Positions 1 through 10,043 of a DNA stretch of 64,000 nt are shown here, piece after piece (position 1 is the first letter of the stretch; each line of letters starts with the position of its first letter). The translations under genes were made by a program, and so were the position numbers. The notes beneath the pieces were generated by a model. That model worked only from the letters and a program-made list of their open reading frames with translations, did no database searches and was not told the origin of the DNA. The stretch lies in assembly GCA_945863965.1 (NCBI GenBank), contig CAMBBZ010000001.1:199-64198 (forward strand). Reading direction: 5' to 3'. The DNA is from Chitinophaga pinensis. GTDB taxonomy: Bacteria > Bacteroidota > Bacteroidia > NS11-12g > UBA955.

Positions 1-895
<895 letters not shown>

Positions 896-982
896 CTATT
901 TTTTTCTTTGGGAAGGCTTCATCAAGGGCGGTGGTCGGCAATAATCCCCAACTCCGGAACGCCTTTAAAAGCCTAGAGATTT

Positions 983-2083
983 CTATTTATTTTGATTCAT
1001 CAATTCAATAAAATCATCGAATAAATATAAAGAATCGTGAGGACCTGGGGATGCCTCGGGATGGTGCTGAACTGAAAATGCGGGTTTATCTAAACGGGCA
1101 ATTCCCTCAACCGTATCGTCGTTCAAATTTATATGGGTTAACACAACCGTATCGCGCAAGGCTTCATCGTAAGCAACGGCAAAACCGTGGTTTTGGCTGG
1201 TAATTTCCGAACGGCCGGTACGCAGATTTTTAACGGGATGGTTACAACCTCTGTGACCGTGGTGCATTTTATAGGTTTCCAATCCACTGGCTAGACTCAA
1301 CAATTGATGCCCCAAGCAAATTCCAAAGGTAGGAATTCCAGCATCTACAATGGTTTTAACCGTCTCAATAGCTTGAACCATCGATGCCGGATCGCCAGGA
1401 CCGTTAGAGATCATAAATCCATCGGGATTCCATTTGAGAATTTCTTCGGCGGTGCTGTTATGTGGAAAGACACCCAAAAAACAGCCGCGCTTTTTAAGTT
1501 CACGGGAAATATTTTCTTTGTTGCCAAAATCGATTAAGGCCACCCTATTTGTTGACTCTTCCGATCCAGCTTCGTAAAAATACGGCGTTGAAACCTCAGG
1601 GGCTAAATTCAATCCCGACATGTCAGGGACCTCGAGTAGCGTCTTTTTGAGTACGTCTACATCTAATATTTCAGAGGAAATAATGGCATTTTGCGCTCCG
1701 CTTTCGCGAAGGTGGGCCACTAATTTACGGGTATCAATGTCTGAAATTCCAACAACTTGAAAATCGATAAAATACTGGTCTAAACTTCCGCTTCCCAATT
1801 TACGGGAATAAGAAGGAGAGAACTTTTTACAGACTAGACCCGATATTTTAATGGAGTCGCTTTCTACTTCTTCGGGGTGCACGCCATAATTTCCGATGTG
1901 ATCGGAAGTCATTACAACGATTTGCCCAAAGTAGGAAGGGTCTGTAAAGATTTCTTGGTAACCGGTCATACCTGTATTAAAACAAATTTCGCCGGTGGTT
2001 GTGCCAATTTTTCCGATGGCATTTCCTTCGAAGACAGAACCGTCTTGAAGTACGAGGAGGGCTTTAGATAGTTGTGGATTCAC
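983..2083 (-). CDS. carA: carbamoyl-phosphate synthase small (glutamine amidotransferase) subunit
   Basis: 366 aa. The N-terminus LLVLQDGSVFEGNAIG is the CarA hallmark, and the class I GATase catalytic motif GICLGHQLL is present. Confidence 0.9.
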   Translation of the reverse strand: MNPQLSKALLVLQDGSVFEGNAIGKIGTTTGEICFNTGMTGYQEIFTDPSYFGQIVVMTSDHIGNYGVHPEEVESDSIKISGLVCKKFSPSYSRKLGSGSLDQYFIDFQVVGISDIDTRKLVAHLRESGAQNAIISSEILDVDVLKKTLLEVPDMSGLNLAPEVSTPYFYEAGSEESTNRVALIDFGNKENISRELKKRGCFLGVFPHNSTAEEILKWNPDGFMISNGPGDPASMVQAIETVKTIVDAGIPTFGICLGHQLLSLASGLETYKMHHGHRGCNHPVKNLRTGRSEITSQNHGFAVAYDEALRDTVVLTHINLNDDTVEGIARLDKPAFSVQHHPEASPGPHDSLYLFDDFIELMNQNK

Positions 2084-2171
2084 TCTAAGGGTGCAAATTT
2101 GGGCATTTGTGAGGATTTAACCAAATATGTATATCGGATGTTACCCACACATCGACAAAATTCCCATAGAA

Positions 2172-2190
2172 TTATTTGCGATTATCGCAA
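2172..2190. promoter_or_regulatory. 15-bp perfect palindrome ttgcgatTatcgcaa about 90 bp upstream of the carA start; candidate operator
   Basis: Read directly in the sequence at 2176-2190. The 7-bp arms are exact reverse complements. Confidence 0.25.
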
Positions 2191-2224
2191 CTATTTCGAT
2201 TTAAGCTATTGCCGAAGCGGGTGG

Positions 2225-2266
2225 TTTTATTTCCCCCCGAAAAGGAGATTGTTATTTGCAGTTATC
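2225..2266. repeat. direct repeat copy 1 (ttttatttccccccgaaaaggagattgttatttgcagttatc); also forms a hairpin (cccccga ... tcggggg)
   Basis: About 40 bp with roughly 75-80% identity to 2874-2913. The core ttcccccgaaaagGAGATTG matches 18 of 20. Confidence 0.6.
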
Positions 2267-2290
2267 GGGGGTAAAATGAATGTTTTGCGC

Positions 2291-2830
2291 CTAGGCACAG
2301 TTTATTATCGCAGTTTCCAATTTGTTTATTAGATCGAATGCGTCACTTGAGACAGAATTGATTTCCAAAAATGCTTTTCCACTTTTTATTATTAGTGAAT
2401 CAATTTTATTGTCTAAAAGCAGATTCGCTAATTGAATACAACCTTGATTGTTTGTTTTATGATTTGTTGAAATATAAAAAGGAGTTGGAATGTGTTGTTT
2501 CAATTCCTTCGATGAAATTAGGCGCTTTAATTTATTTTTTCCAAATGATATTTCAATTAATGGGTCAACTCCATTAATTTTAAGTTCAAGCCCAGCGAAA
2601 TCAGCAGCATCAATAGGAATGACAACACCATTTCTAGTTGTTTGGTTTTTTATGAATTTCAAATTGTAGGATAACGTGTTTCTAACAAAATTTGATTCGA
2701 TTTCATAACCATAACTGTTGCAAAAACCAGAATATTCATATTTGAAAGAATTGAATTGATTTTCAATCGCTTCGCAGAATATTCTATTTGCTTCAAAGAA
2801 GGATGAACTGCTTGTTTCGTAATTTATCAT
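2291..2830 (-). CDS. hypothetical protein, 179 aa, very AT-rich coding (N/K/I/F/S-rich); no recognisable domain and no signal peptide
   Basis: Intact ORF from the track. Its GC (about 33%) is well below the surrounding 45%, and it is flanked by the direct repeats at 2225-2266 and 2874-2913. A Bacteroidota-type -7 box (TACTTTTG, on the minus strand) sits about 30 bp upstream of the ATG. Confidence 0.5.
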   Translation of the reverse strand: MINYETSSSSFFEANRIFCEAIENQFNSFKYEYSGFCNSYGYEIESNFVRNTLSYNLKFIKNQTTRNGVVIPIDAADFAGLELKINGVDPLIEISFGKNKLKRLISSKELKQHIPTPFYISTNHKTNNQGCIQLANLLLDNKIDSLIIKSGKAFLEINSVSSDAFDLINKLETAIINCA

Positions 2831-2873
2831 AACTTATAAATTGCTGATAACTCCGCTATTTACAAAAGTAGTA

Positions 2874-2913
2874 ATTTTACTTCCCCCGAAAAAGAGATTG
2901 GGAGTTGCTTATC
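2874..2913. repeat. direct repeat copy 2 (attttacttcccccgaaaaagagattgggagttgcttatc); overlaps the stop codon of the TerC gene
   Basis: Matches copy 1 at 2225-2266. It ends at the tca stop (2912-2914) of the TerC-family gene. Confidence 0.6.
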
Positions 2914-3964
2914 AATCTTGCACTTGTGGTTTCCAAAGCGAATACCACATACTTAAAGCGAGCAAGCCGATAATTACGAGCAAATTGTGCACGTGATTAA
3001 ACCCCATTGCATGAAACTGGTGTTCCAACAACATTTTGGTCCCAATAAATACGAGTATGGCCGCCAAGCCGTATTTGAGAGCCCAGAATTTATCGATGCC
3101 ATGACCTATCAAAAAGTACAAACTTCTAAGTCCAAGTATGGCAAAAATGTTCGAAAAGAAAACCAAATACGGATCCCGTGTAATTCCAAAAACCGCAGGA
3201 ACGCTATCAATGGCAAATACCACATCGGTGAACTCAATAATCAATAACACCACAAACAGGACGGTGACATGCAATACGCCGTTTTCCCGAACAAAGAAAT
3301 GGCCTCTGTCGTTGGATATCTCGGAAACTGGAAAAATTTTCTTTACCGTACGCATGACAAAATGATTGGATGGATCGTGTTCTTCTTGGTCCTTTTCAAA
3401 ACCCAATTTCAAACCCGAAAAAACCAAGAAGGCTCCAAAAACGTACAATACCCAATCAAACCGTTGGATGGCAGCGCTTCCCAAAAAGATAAAGACAAAC
3501 CGAAGTACCATAGCCCCGAGTATACCCCAAACTAGGATTTCACGTTCGTGTTGTTCCTTAACTTTAAACGACTTAAAAACTAATAACATTACAAAAAGAT
3601 TGTCTATGCTTAACGCGTATTCTAAAAGAAATCCCGACAGGTATAACCACATAGAGGTATATTGAAAGGACTTCATAGATTGTTCAAAATCAGGCCCTAA
3701 TTTAAAAGGCTTACCATATTTCTGGTGATATTGAACAAGCTCTTCCATGGTATGTATTTCGTGCAGCAACGGAATCAAGGCATACATCGCGACTACTGAT
3801 GCGAGACCAAGTAGAAACCAAAGCATACTACGGAACGCACTTTGTTTCAGGGTTAGCTTAAGGTGTTGCTGTTTTGAAAACAGACCTAAATCAAGCACTA
3901 AAGAGGCAAGGATAATCACAATAAGCGCTAGGATTACTAATGTTGATTCCATAAAGTGCTGCAA
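2912..3964 (-). CDS. TerC-family integral membrane protein
   Basis: 350 aa, multi-pass hydrophobic, with the TerC signature EYALSIDNLFV. Confidence 0.8.
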   Translation of the reverse strand: MQHFMESTLVILALIVIILASLVLDLGLFSKQQHLKLTLKQSAFRSMLWFLLGLASVVAMYALIPLLHEIHTMEELVQYHQKYGKPFKLGPDFEQSMKSFQYTSMWLYLSGFLLEYALSIDNLFVMLLVFKSFKVKEQHEREILVWGILGAMVLRFVFIFLGSAAIQRFDWVLYVFGAFLVFSGLKLGFEKDQEEHDPSNHFVMRTVKKIFPVSEISNDRGHFFVRENGVLHVTVLFVVLLIIEFTDVVFAIDSVPAVFGITRDPYLVFFSNIFAILGLRSLYFLIGHGIDKFWALKYGLAAILVFIGTKMLLEHQFHAMGFNHVHNLLVIIGLLALSMWYSLWKPQVQD

Positions 3965-4015
3965 AAATCGGCGCTTTAATTCGCAAAACCGCTATTTTGA
4001 AGTTAGTTTTGTTTC

Positions 4016-6175
4016 ATGAAGGCATCGGTTTATCGAATAATAGGAAGAGTGGGTATTGCGGCCACCGCATTAGTCTTAGTTTTAGTTGGATCCTCGTATA
4101 CCCCGGAAGAGGGCATGTTTCCCTTAAACTACTTGAACATAACCCAATTGAAAAATGCGGGTATGCAACTAGATGCCGAAGATATTTTTAATCCTGGACA
4201 GGTTTCTCTTACCGATGCACTCGTAAATGTTGGGGGATGTACGGGATCTTTTATTTCTGAGGAAGGCTTAATTATCACCAATCACCATTGTGTTTACGGC
4301 AATGTAGCCCGACTGAGCTCCACCGACAATAATTACCTTGAAAATGGATTTGTGGCTCGAGAAAAGTCGCAAGAGCTTCCAATTTCTATGCCTTGCAAAA
4401 TCACGCAGAGCTACGAAGACGTAAGCGAGCGTATCTTAGAAGGCACTAGTGAAACGAATACGCCATCGGAAAGGGTCATGCGTATAGGTCAAAACATACA
4501 ACGCCTTACGAATGAAGAGAAACTCAAATATCCCGATTTAAGCATCGAAATTTCTGAAATGTTTATTGGGAAAAGCTATACGCTATTCCGTTATATCTAT
4601 CTTAAAGATGTGCGCTTGGTTATGGCTCCTCCTGTAACGGTTGGGCAATTTGGTGGAGATACCGACAATTGGGAATGGCCCCGACATAATGGTGATTTTT
4701 CTTTGGTTAGAGCGTATGTAGGGAAAGACGGAAAATCAGCTGCTTATTCAAAAGACAATATTCCTTACACCCCAAAGAAGATTCTAAAAATCAATCCCAA
4801 AGGAACTCAAGAAAATGATTTTGTTTTTATTATGGGATATCCAGGACGTACCTTCCGCCATGAAAGTGGATCGTATTTGAAATTCCAGCAGGAAGTACAG
4901 CTGCCACAAATTCAATCTTTTTATAAAACCTATATCGATTGGATGAAAGAGTTAAGTGAAGGCAACACGGCCAAAAGACTCAAGTTTGCGGGCACTATTC
5001 AGGGAATGGAAAACACGGAAAAGAATTTTCGTGGAAAAATTCAAGGGTTAAGAAGAACCGATGTGGTAAAGGCCCGTCAGCTGCAAGATGAGGCCATTAA
5101 AACGGTATATAAGAAAGGTACGACTCAGGGAGCACAAGCGTCAAAGATTGTTAATCGGATACAAGAAATATGGAACGTTCGGAATGAATACGGCGCTGCC
5201 TATTATTACGGCCATGTGTTTACGCGTCAATCTAAGGCGTTCCAGATGGCGGAATTGAGCTTACAAACAGCAAACCTATTGAAGGCTTCCCCCAAAAAAG
5301 CGAAAGATTCAATCATAATGGATTTTCAAAACAAGGCCAAACGATTGTATCCGTTTGTAGATGAAGAATTGGAGCGGAGGGCCTTTAAAGAAGTGGCAAA
5401 CGGTATTTTACGATACACCGCAAATAATACAAAATTAAATACCAACGGTAAAATGGCTACCGCCTTTTGCATGAATGCAATCAAAGAGAGTGGGAAAAGT
5501 CTGTATTTCAACAATGCAAAAATGCTCGCGCTATTGGAGAAAAACCCCAATAAACTATTAAACATTTTGAACAAGGAAAATACCACGAAACTATTGCTTG
5601 AATTGGAAGGGTCACGTGCGTTGGTATATACTATTTGGAGAGAAACGGAATTAGAATTAAGTACATTAATGCCGCAATATATTGGATATCGGGAGGATTA
5701 TTTACAATCACAATTCATTCCAGACGCTAACAGCACGTTACGATTGACGTATGGGTATATCAAAGGATACAAACCCAATGACGGTGAGGTACACGCACCT
5801 TTTACGACGTTAGACGGCGTATTTGCAAAGGCCAATACCAAAGAGGATTACCGCTTACCCGAGGATGTACAAGATAAATTAAGTCAAAAAAATATTCCCA
5901 GCATATTTAAAGATCCGAAAACCGGAAAAGTAGTCGTGGGCATTTTGTACAATTTGGATACCACGGGTGGAAATTCTGGATCTCCCGTATTAAATGCGCG
6001 TGGTGAGCTTATTGGAATCAATTTTGACAGGAGTTTTACGGCCACTATAAACGATTATGCTTGGAACCAAGACTATTCCCGCAGCATAGGTTGCGACATT
6101 CGCTATGTATTGTATGTTTTAAAATACGTAAGTGAAGCCGATAAAATCATCGAAGAATTGGGTGTTAAATTGTGA
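4016..6175 (+). CDS. S46-family serine dipeptidyl-peptidase (DPP7/DPP11 type)
   Basis: 719 aa with a signal peptide. The His block GGCTGSFISEEGLIITNHHC, the catalytic Ser block GGNSGSPVLN, and the length are all typical of S46 dipeptidyl-peptidases. Confidence 0.85.
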   Translation: MKASVYRIIGRVGIAATALVLVLVGSSYTPEEGMFPLNYLNITQLKNAGMQLDAEDIFNPGQVSLTDALVNVGGCTGSFISEEGLIITNHHCVYGNVARLSSTDNNYLENGFVAREKSQELPISMPCKITQSYEDVSERILEGTSETNTPSERVMRIGQNIQRLTNEEKLKYPDLSIEISEMFIGKSYTLFRYIYLKDVRLVMAPPVTVGQFGGDTDNWEWPRHNGDFSLVRAYVGKDGKSAAYSKDNIPYTPKKILKINPKGTQENDFVFIMGYPGRTFRHESGSYLKFQQEVQLPQIQSFYKTYIDWMKELSEGNTAKRLKFAGTIQGMENTEKNFRGKIQGLRRTDVVKARQLQDEAIKTVYKKGTTQGAQASKIVNRIQEIWNVRNEYGAAYYYGHVFTRQSKAFQMAELSLQTANLLKASPKKAKDSIIMDFQNKAKRLYPFVDEELERRAFKEVANGILRYTANNTKLNTNGKMATAFCMNAIKESGKSLYFNNAKMLALLEKNPNKLLNILNKENTTKLLLELEGSRALVYTIWRETELELSTLMPQYIGYREDYLQSQFIPDANSTLRLTYGYIKGYKPNDGEVHAPFTTLDGVFAKANTKEDYRLPEDVQDKLSQKNIPSIFKDPKTGKVVVGILYNLDTTGGNSGSPVLNARGELIGINFDRSFTATINDYAWNQDYSRSIGCDIRYVLYVLKYVSEADKIIEELGVKL

Positions 6176-6219
6176 GAATTGTCACCATTTAACCCAATAA
6201 ATCTATCGAAATTTGTTCT

Positions 6220-6501
6220 ATGGGAATTTTATCATCTTTATTCGGAAGCAAGCCTAAAGTAGATTTAGGAGCACTTATTGCACAAGGTGCACAAATCATA
6301 GACGTTCGAACAGCCGCTGAGTTTCAATCGGGCCACCACAAAAAAGCGATTAACATCCCTTTAGACAAATTGCCAAGCATGCTAAAGAAGATTAACAAAG
6401 ACAAACCTGTTATCACTTGTTGTGCCTCAGGTATGCGAAGTTCTTCGGCTAAGGGAATCTTAAAAACGGCAAACAACTATGGCGTAAATCAGGCGTTGTA
6501 G
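6220..6501 (+). CDS. single-domain rhodanese-like sulfurtransferase
   Basis: 93 aa with an active-site Cys loop CCASGMRS; the IDVRTAAEFQSGH block is rhodanese-like. Confidence 0.75.
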   Translation: MGILSSLFGSKPKVDLGALIAQGAQIIDVRTAAEFQSGHHKKAINIPLDKLPSMLKKINKDKPVITCCASGMRSSSAKGILKTANNYGVNQAL

Positions 6502-6560
6502 ATAAAGCTACTTTAGTGGCCTTGATAAAACAACATCAATAAAAAGCGTTATTGAAATAC

Positions 6561-6590
6561 AAAAAAGGCCGCAGTAAGTGGCCTTTTTTT
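6561..6590. terminator. rho-independent bidirectional terminator (A6-GGCCGC-agtaa-GUGGCC-T7)
   Basis: 6-bp GC-rich stem (one G-U pair) flanked by an A-run and a T-run, downstream of the rhodanese gene. Confidence 0.7.
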
Positions 6591-6648
6591 ATACCTCTTC
6601 AATCATAAAGAGATTAACGTAATAGTAAACCACGTTTACAATTAAGGT

Positions 6649-6699
6649 TTTGCATAAAATGAAAAAGACCGCTGTGCGGTCTTTTTCATTTTATGCAAA
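6649..6699. terminator. 51-bp perfect palindrome (24-bp arms, 3-nt loop) acting as the terminator of the ribosomal/rpoA operon after rplQ
   Basis: tttgcataaaatgaaaaagaccgc-tgt-gcggtctttttcattttatgcaaa. The arms are exact reverse complements, and the core gaccgc/gcggtc stem is flanked by A5 and T5. It lies 8 bp below the rplQ stop. Confidence 0.75.
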
Positions 6700-6706
6700 T
6701 TAATGC

Positions 6707-7246
6707 TTATTCAGCGGTTGGTTCGGTATTGTCGGTAGTTTCAGTTTTCACATCTTCTACTTCAACATCTTGATCCACCGTATTGGCCGGTGCTGCAGGA
6801 GCTGCTTTAACCGCAGTACCTGTGCCACGACGTGAGCGACGCGTATTGGTTTTCTTTTTATCAGCGCTATTGAAACCATCAAAGAACTCATTAAAGTCTA
6901 CCAATTCAATCATTGCCATATCGGCATTATCGCCCATACGATTACCTATTTTAAGGATGCGCGTATATCCACCTGGACGGCTGGCTACTTTTTCACTTAC
7001 AATAGTGAATAACTCACTTACAGCATGCTTATCTTTTAGATAGGCAAATACGGTACGTTGGTTATGTGTAGACGCATCTTTACTTTTGGTAATAAGGGGT
7101 TCCACATAAACACGAAGTGCTTTGGCTTTAGCCACAGTGGTAACGATACGTTTATGTTTGATCAGCGAGGAAGCCATATTCGCCAACATCGCTTTACGGT
7201 GTGACGTGGTTCTGCTTAAGTGGTTTATTTTTTTACCGTGTCTCAT
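6707..7246 (-). CDS. rplQ: 50S ribosomal protein L17 with an acidic C-terminal extension
   Basis: [21 protein letters not shown]...GGYTRI is the L17 core. The roughly 60-aa Ala/Glu/Thr-rich tail is typical of Bacteroidota L17. Confidence 0.95.
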   Translation of the reverse strand: MRHGKKINHLSRTTSHRKAMLANMASSLIKHKRIVTTVAKAKALRVYVEPLITKSKDASTHNQRTVFAYLKDKHAVSELFTIVSEKVASRPGGYTRILKIGNRMGDNADMAMIELVDFNEFFDGFNSADKKKTNTRRSRRGTGTAVKAAPAAPANTVDQDVEVEDVKTETTDNTEPTAE

Positions 7247-7250
7247 TTAT

Positions 7251-8243
7251 TTACTCGTCGTTAAGATTGTACTTAGAAACGTCCATACCAAAATGCAAAC
7301 CACGATCTCTCACAAACTCTTCTAATTCAGAGAGTGATTTTTTACCGAAGTTGCGGAATTTCAATAGATCGTCTATATGATAATTCACTAATTCACCAAG
7401 CGTTTTGATTTCGGCGGCTTTCAAGCAATTGTAAGCACGCACAGAAAGATCTAAATCAGCCAAAGGTGTTTTTAAAATTTTGCGCATTTGCAAGAAGCTT
7501 TCATCAACTTCCTCAATGATACTTGAAACTTTAGTTTCAGGCATGATGTTTTCGTCGCTGAAAAGAACAAAATGCTCAATGAGTATTTTTGCTGCTTCTT
7601 TTAATGCTTCTTCTGGGTGAATACTTCCATCGGTTGTAACATCCATGACCAACTTTTCAAAATCCGTTTTCTGCTCTACACGGTAATCTTCAACGTTAAA
7701 TTTAACGTTTTTGATAGGCGTAAAGATTGAGTCAACCGAAATCACCCCAATCGGAGCATCTTTCTGCTTGTTCTCATCAGCGGGAACGTATCCACGACCT
7801 TTAGAAACGGTAAGTTCCAATTCTAGGTTCACGGTTGGATCCATATTACAGATAACCAACTCAGGATTCAAGATGGAGTAGTCGTTGGTATAGCGACCGA
7901 TATCACCGGCGAGAAACTGATCTTTTCCTTTGATAGAAATGAACAATTTGTCTTGTTCTTCAGAAACTGAATTCGCTTTAAAACGCACTTGCTTAATATT
8001 CAATACGATTTCAACCACATCCTCAACTATACCTTTCATAGTAGAGAATTCGTGATCGGCACCTTGAATTTTCACCGCAGTGATTGCATACCCCTCAAGG
8101 GACGATAGCAAAACGCGGCGCATGGCATTTCCGATTGTAACGCCATATCCTTTTTCCAATGGAAAAAACTCGAAAGTTCCAGTGGCCTCGTTGGATTTGG
8201 TCATTACGACCTTATTTGGTTTTTGAAATGGTATAACACCCAT
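7251..8243 (-). CDS. rpoA: DNA-directed RNA polymerase alpha subunit
   Basis: 330 aa. It starts [18 protein letters not shown] and has the alpha-CTD block [21 protein letters not shown]. Confidence 0.95.
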   Translation of the reverse strand: MGVIPFQKPNKVVMTKSNEATGTFEFFPLEKGYGVTIGNAMRRVLLSSLEGYAITAVKIQGADHEFSTMKGIVEDVVEIVLNIKQVRFKANSVSEEQDKLFISIKGKDQFLAGDIGRYTNDYSILNPELVICNMDPTVNLELELTVSKGRGYVPADENKQKDAPIGVISVDSIFTPIKNVKFNVEDYRVEQKTDFEKLVMDVTTDGSIHPEEALKEAAKILIEHFVLFSDENIMPETKVSSIIEEVDESFLQMRKILKTPLADLDLSVRAYNCLKAAEIKTLGELVNYHIDDLLKFRNFGKKSLSELEEFVRDRGLHFGMDVSKYNLNDE

Positions 8244-8261
8244 AATTTTTCTACTTAATTC

Positions 8262-8867
8262 TTATTTACTGTACAACTCGACGATCAAATTTTCCTTTAT
8301 ATTTTCAGGAATTTCAGAACGATCGGGATAGGTAACAAAGGTTCCTTGCATGTCTTTTCCATTCCACTGAATCCAGCTAAAGCGAGACTGCATTACGCTA
8401 GTACCACCAGAAACTACTTCGAGTGTTTTGGAACGTTCACGAACGGCGATAACATCACCGGGGCGCAACTGACAACTTGGAATATTAACTACCTCACCGT
8501 TAACGGTGATGTGGCGATGTGATACCAACTGACGTGCACTGCGACGTGTAGGAGCGATTCCCATACGATACACGGTGTTGTCTAAGCGAGACTCAAGGAA
8601 ACGCAATAGGTTTTCACCTGTGATGCCTTTTTTAGATGCCGCTTTATTGAAGGTATTACGGAATTGTTTTTCAAGAACGCCATAAATAAATTTAGCTTTC
8701 TGTTTTTCTGCTAACTGAACAGCATATTCCGACTGTTTAGGACGGCGACGTGAGTTACCGTGCTGGCCGGGGCCGTAGTTTTTGCGTTCTAGCGCTTTAT
8801 CTGGGCCAAAAATGGCTTCTTTAAAACGACGAGCAACTTTGGAGGTTGGACCTGTATATCTTGCCAT
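8262..8867 (-). CDS. rpsD: 30S ribosomal protein S4
   Basis: [15 protein letters not shown]... is the S4 N-terminus; 201 aa. Confidence 0.95.
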   Translation of the reverse strand: MARYTGPTSKVARRFKEAIFGPDKALERKNYGPGQHGNSRRRPKQSEYAVQLAEKQKAKFIYGVLEKQFRNTFNKAASKKGITGENLLRFLESRLDNTVYRMGIAPTRRSARQLVSHRHITVNGEVVNIPSCQLRPGDVIAVRERSKTLEVVSGGTSVMQSRFSWIQWNGKDMQGTFVTYPDRSEIPENIKENLIVELYSK

Positions 8868-8880
8868 TACTTTTTCTTAA

Positions 8881-9264
8881 TTATACTCTTCTACGTTTAG
8901 GAGGACGACAGCCGTTATGGGGCATTGGAGTGATATCCGTGATGGTACCTACTTCAATTCCAATGGTTTGAAGGTTACGAATAGCGCTATCGCGTCCCGA
9001 TCCTGGTCCTTTTACAAATACATCCACTTTGCGAAGTCCTGCATCAAATGCAACTTTCGCGCAGTCTAACACAGCAACTTGCGCTGCGTAGGGTGTATTC
9101 TTTTTAGAACCACGGAAACCCATTTTACCTGAAGAAGACCAAGAAATAACTTGTCCTTCCATATTAGTTACTGAAATGATGACGTTGTTGAAGGTTGCAC
9201 GTATGTGTACCTGTCCAAGCGCATCCACTTTAACTTTTTTCTTTTGTGCTTTCTTTTGAGCCAT
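8881..9264 (-). CDS. rpsK: 30S ribosomal protein S11
   Basis: 127 aa ending in the S11 C-terminus ...[19 protein letters not shown]. Confidence 0.95.
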   Translation of the reverse strand: MAQKKAQKKKVKVDALGQVHIRATFNNVIISVTNMEGQVISWSSSGKMGFRGSKKNTPYAAQVAVLDCAKVAFDAGLRKVDVFVKGPGSGRDSAIRNLQTIGIEVGTITDITPMPHNGCRPPKRRRV

Positions 9265-9282
9265 GTTAATTTACGTGCTTAA

Positions 9283-9660
9283 TTATTTCGTTGCTTTCTT
9301 TTTACCTGCAACGGTCTTTTTCTTACCTTTACGAGTACGTGCATTTGTACGCGTTTTTTGTCCACGTACGGGTAATCCTTTACGGTGACGTTGACCACGG
9401 TAGCAACCAATATCCATCAAACGCTTGATATTTAATTGTACCTCTGAACGAAGTTCACCCTCAGTTTTAAGATTTTCAGTGATGAATCCACGAATCGCTG
9501 CGAGCTCATCGTCGTTCCACTCATTTACTTTCTTATCTTGAGAAATACCGGCAGTGTTCAAAATCTGTGCTGCCGTGCTATTACCAATACCGTAGATATA
9601 GGTTAAACCTATAACCCCACGTTTATTTTTTGGAATATCTATACCTGCTATCCTAGCCAT
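9283..9660 (-). CDS. rpsM: 30S ribosomal protein S13
   Basis: [26 protein letters not shown] is the S13 N-terminus. Confidence 0.95.
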   Translation of the reverse strand: MARIAGIDIPKNKRGVIGLTYIYGIGNSTAAQILNTAGISQDKKVNEWNDDELAAIRGFITENLKTEGELRSEVQLNIKRLMDIGCYRGQRHRKGLPVRGQKTRTNARTRKGKKKTVAGKKKATK

Positions 9661-9666
9661 ATTATT

Positions 9667-9783
9667 TTATCCTTGACGTTGTTTGAATTTTGGGTTCTTT
9701 TTGTTTATGACGTACACCCGCCCTTTCCGGCGTACGATCTTGCAGTCTACACTGCGTTTCTTGACAGCTGTTCTAACTTTCAT
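9667..9783 (-). CDS. rpmJ: 50S ribosomal protein L36 (38 aa); absent from the ORF track
   Basis: Manual minus-strand translation gives [38 protein letters not shown], with the L36 Cys/His pattern, at the expected operon position between infA and rpsM. Confidence 0.9.
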   Translation of the reverse strand: MKVRTAVKKRSVDCKIVRRKGRVYVINKKNPKFKQRQG

Positions 9784-9788
9784 ATCAA

Positions 9789-10010
9789 TTAATGCTTATA
9801 TCTTAATGTTATGCGACCCCTTGTCAAGTCGTACGGCGACATTTCCACTTGAACCTTATCTCCTGGGAGAATTCGGATGTAGTGCATACGCATTTTTCCT
9901 GAAATGGTGGCTATGATTTCATGACCGTTGCTTAACTTAACGCGAAACATTGCGTTAGATAAAGCCTCGGATATAACACCATCTTGTTTTATTGCGTCTT
10001 GCTTGGACAT
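9789..10010 (-). CDS. infA: translation initiation factor IF-1
   Basis: 73 aa; [31 protein letters not shown] is the S1-like IF-1 fold. Confidence 0.95.
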   Translation of the reverse strand: MSKQDAIKQDGVISEALSNAMFRVKLSNGHEIIATISGKMRMHYIRILPGDKVQVEMSPYDLTRGRITLRYKH

Positions 10011-10043
10011 ATCAAAAGGGTTGCAAAGGTAGTAAATTTATTT

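Noticed and set aside
5326-5586. 86-aa minus-strand ORF inside the S46 peptidase gene
   Set aside because: Antisense overlap with a well-supported 719-aa gene; hydrophobic low-complexity translation typical of shadow ORFs.
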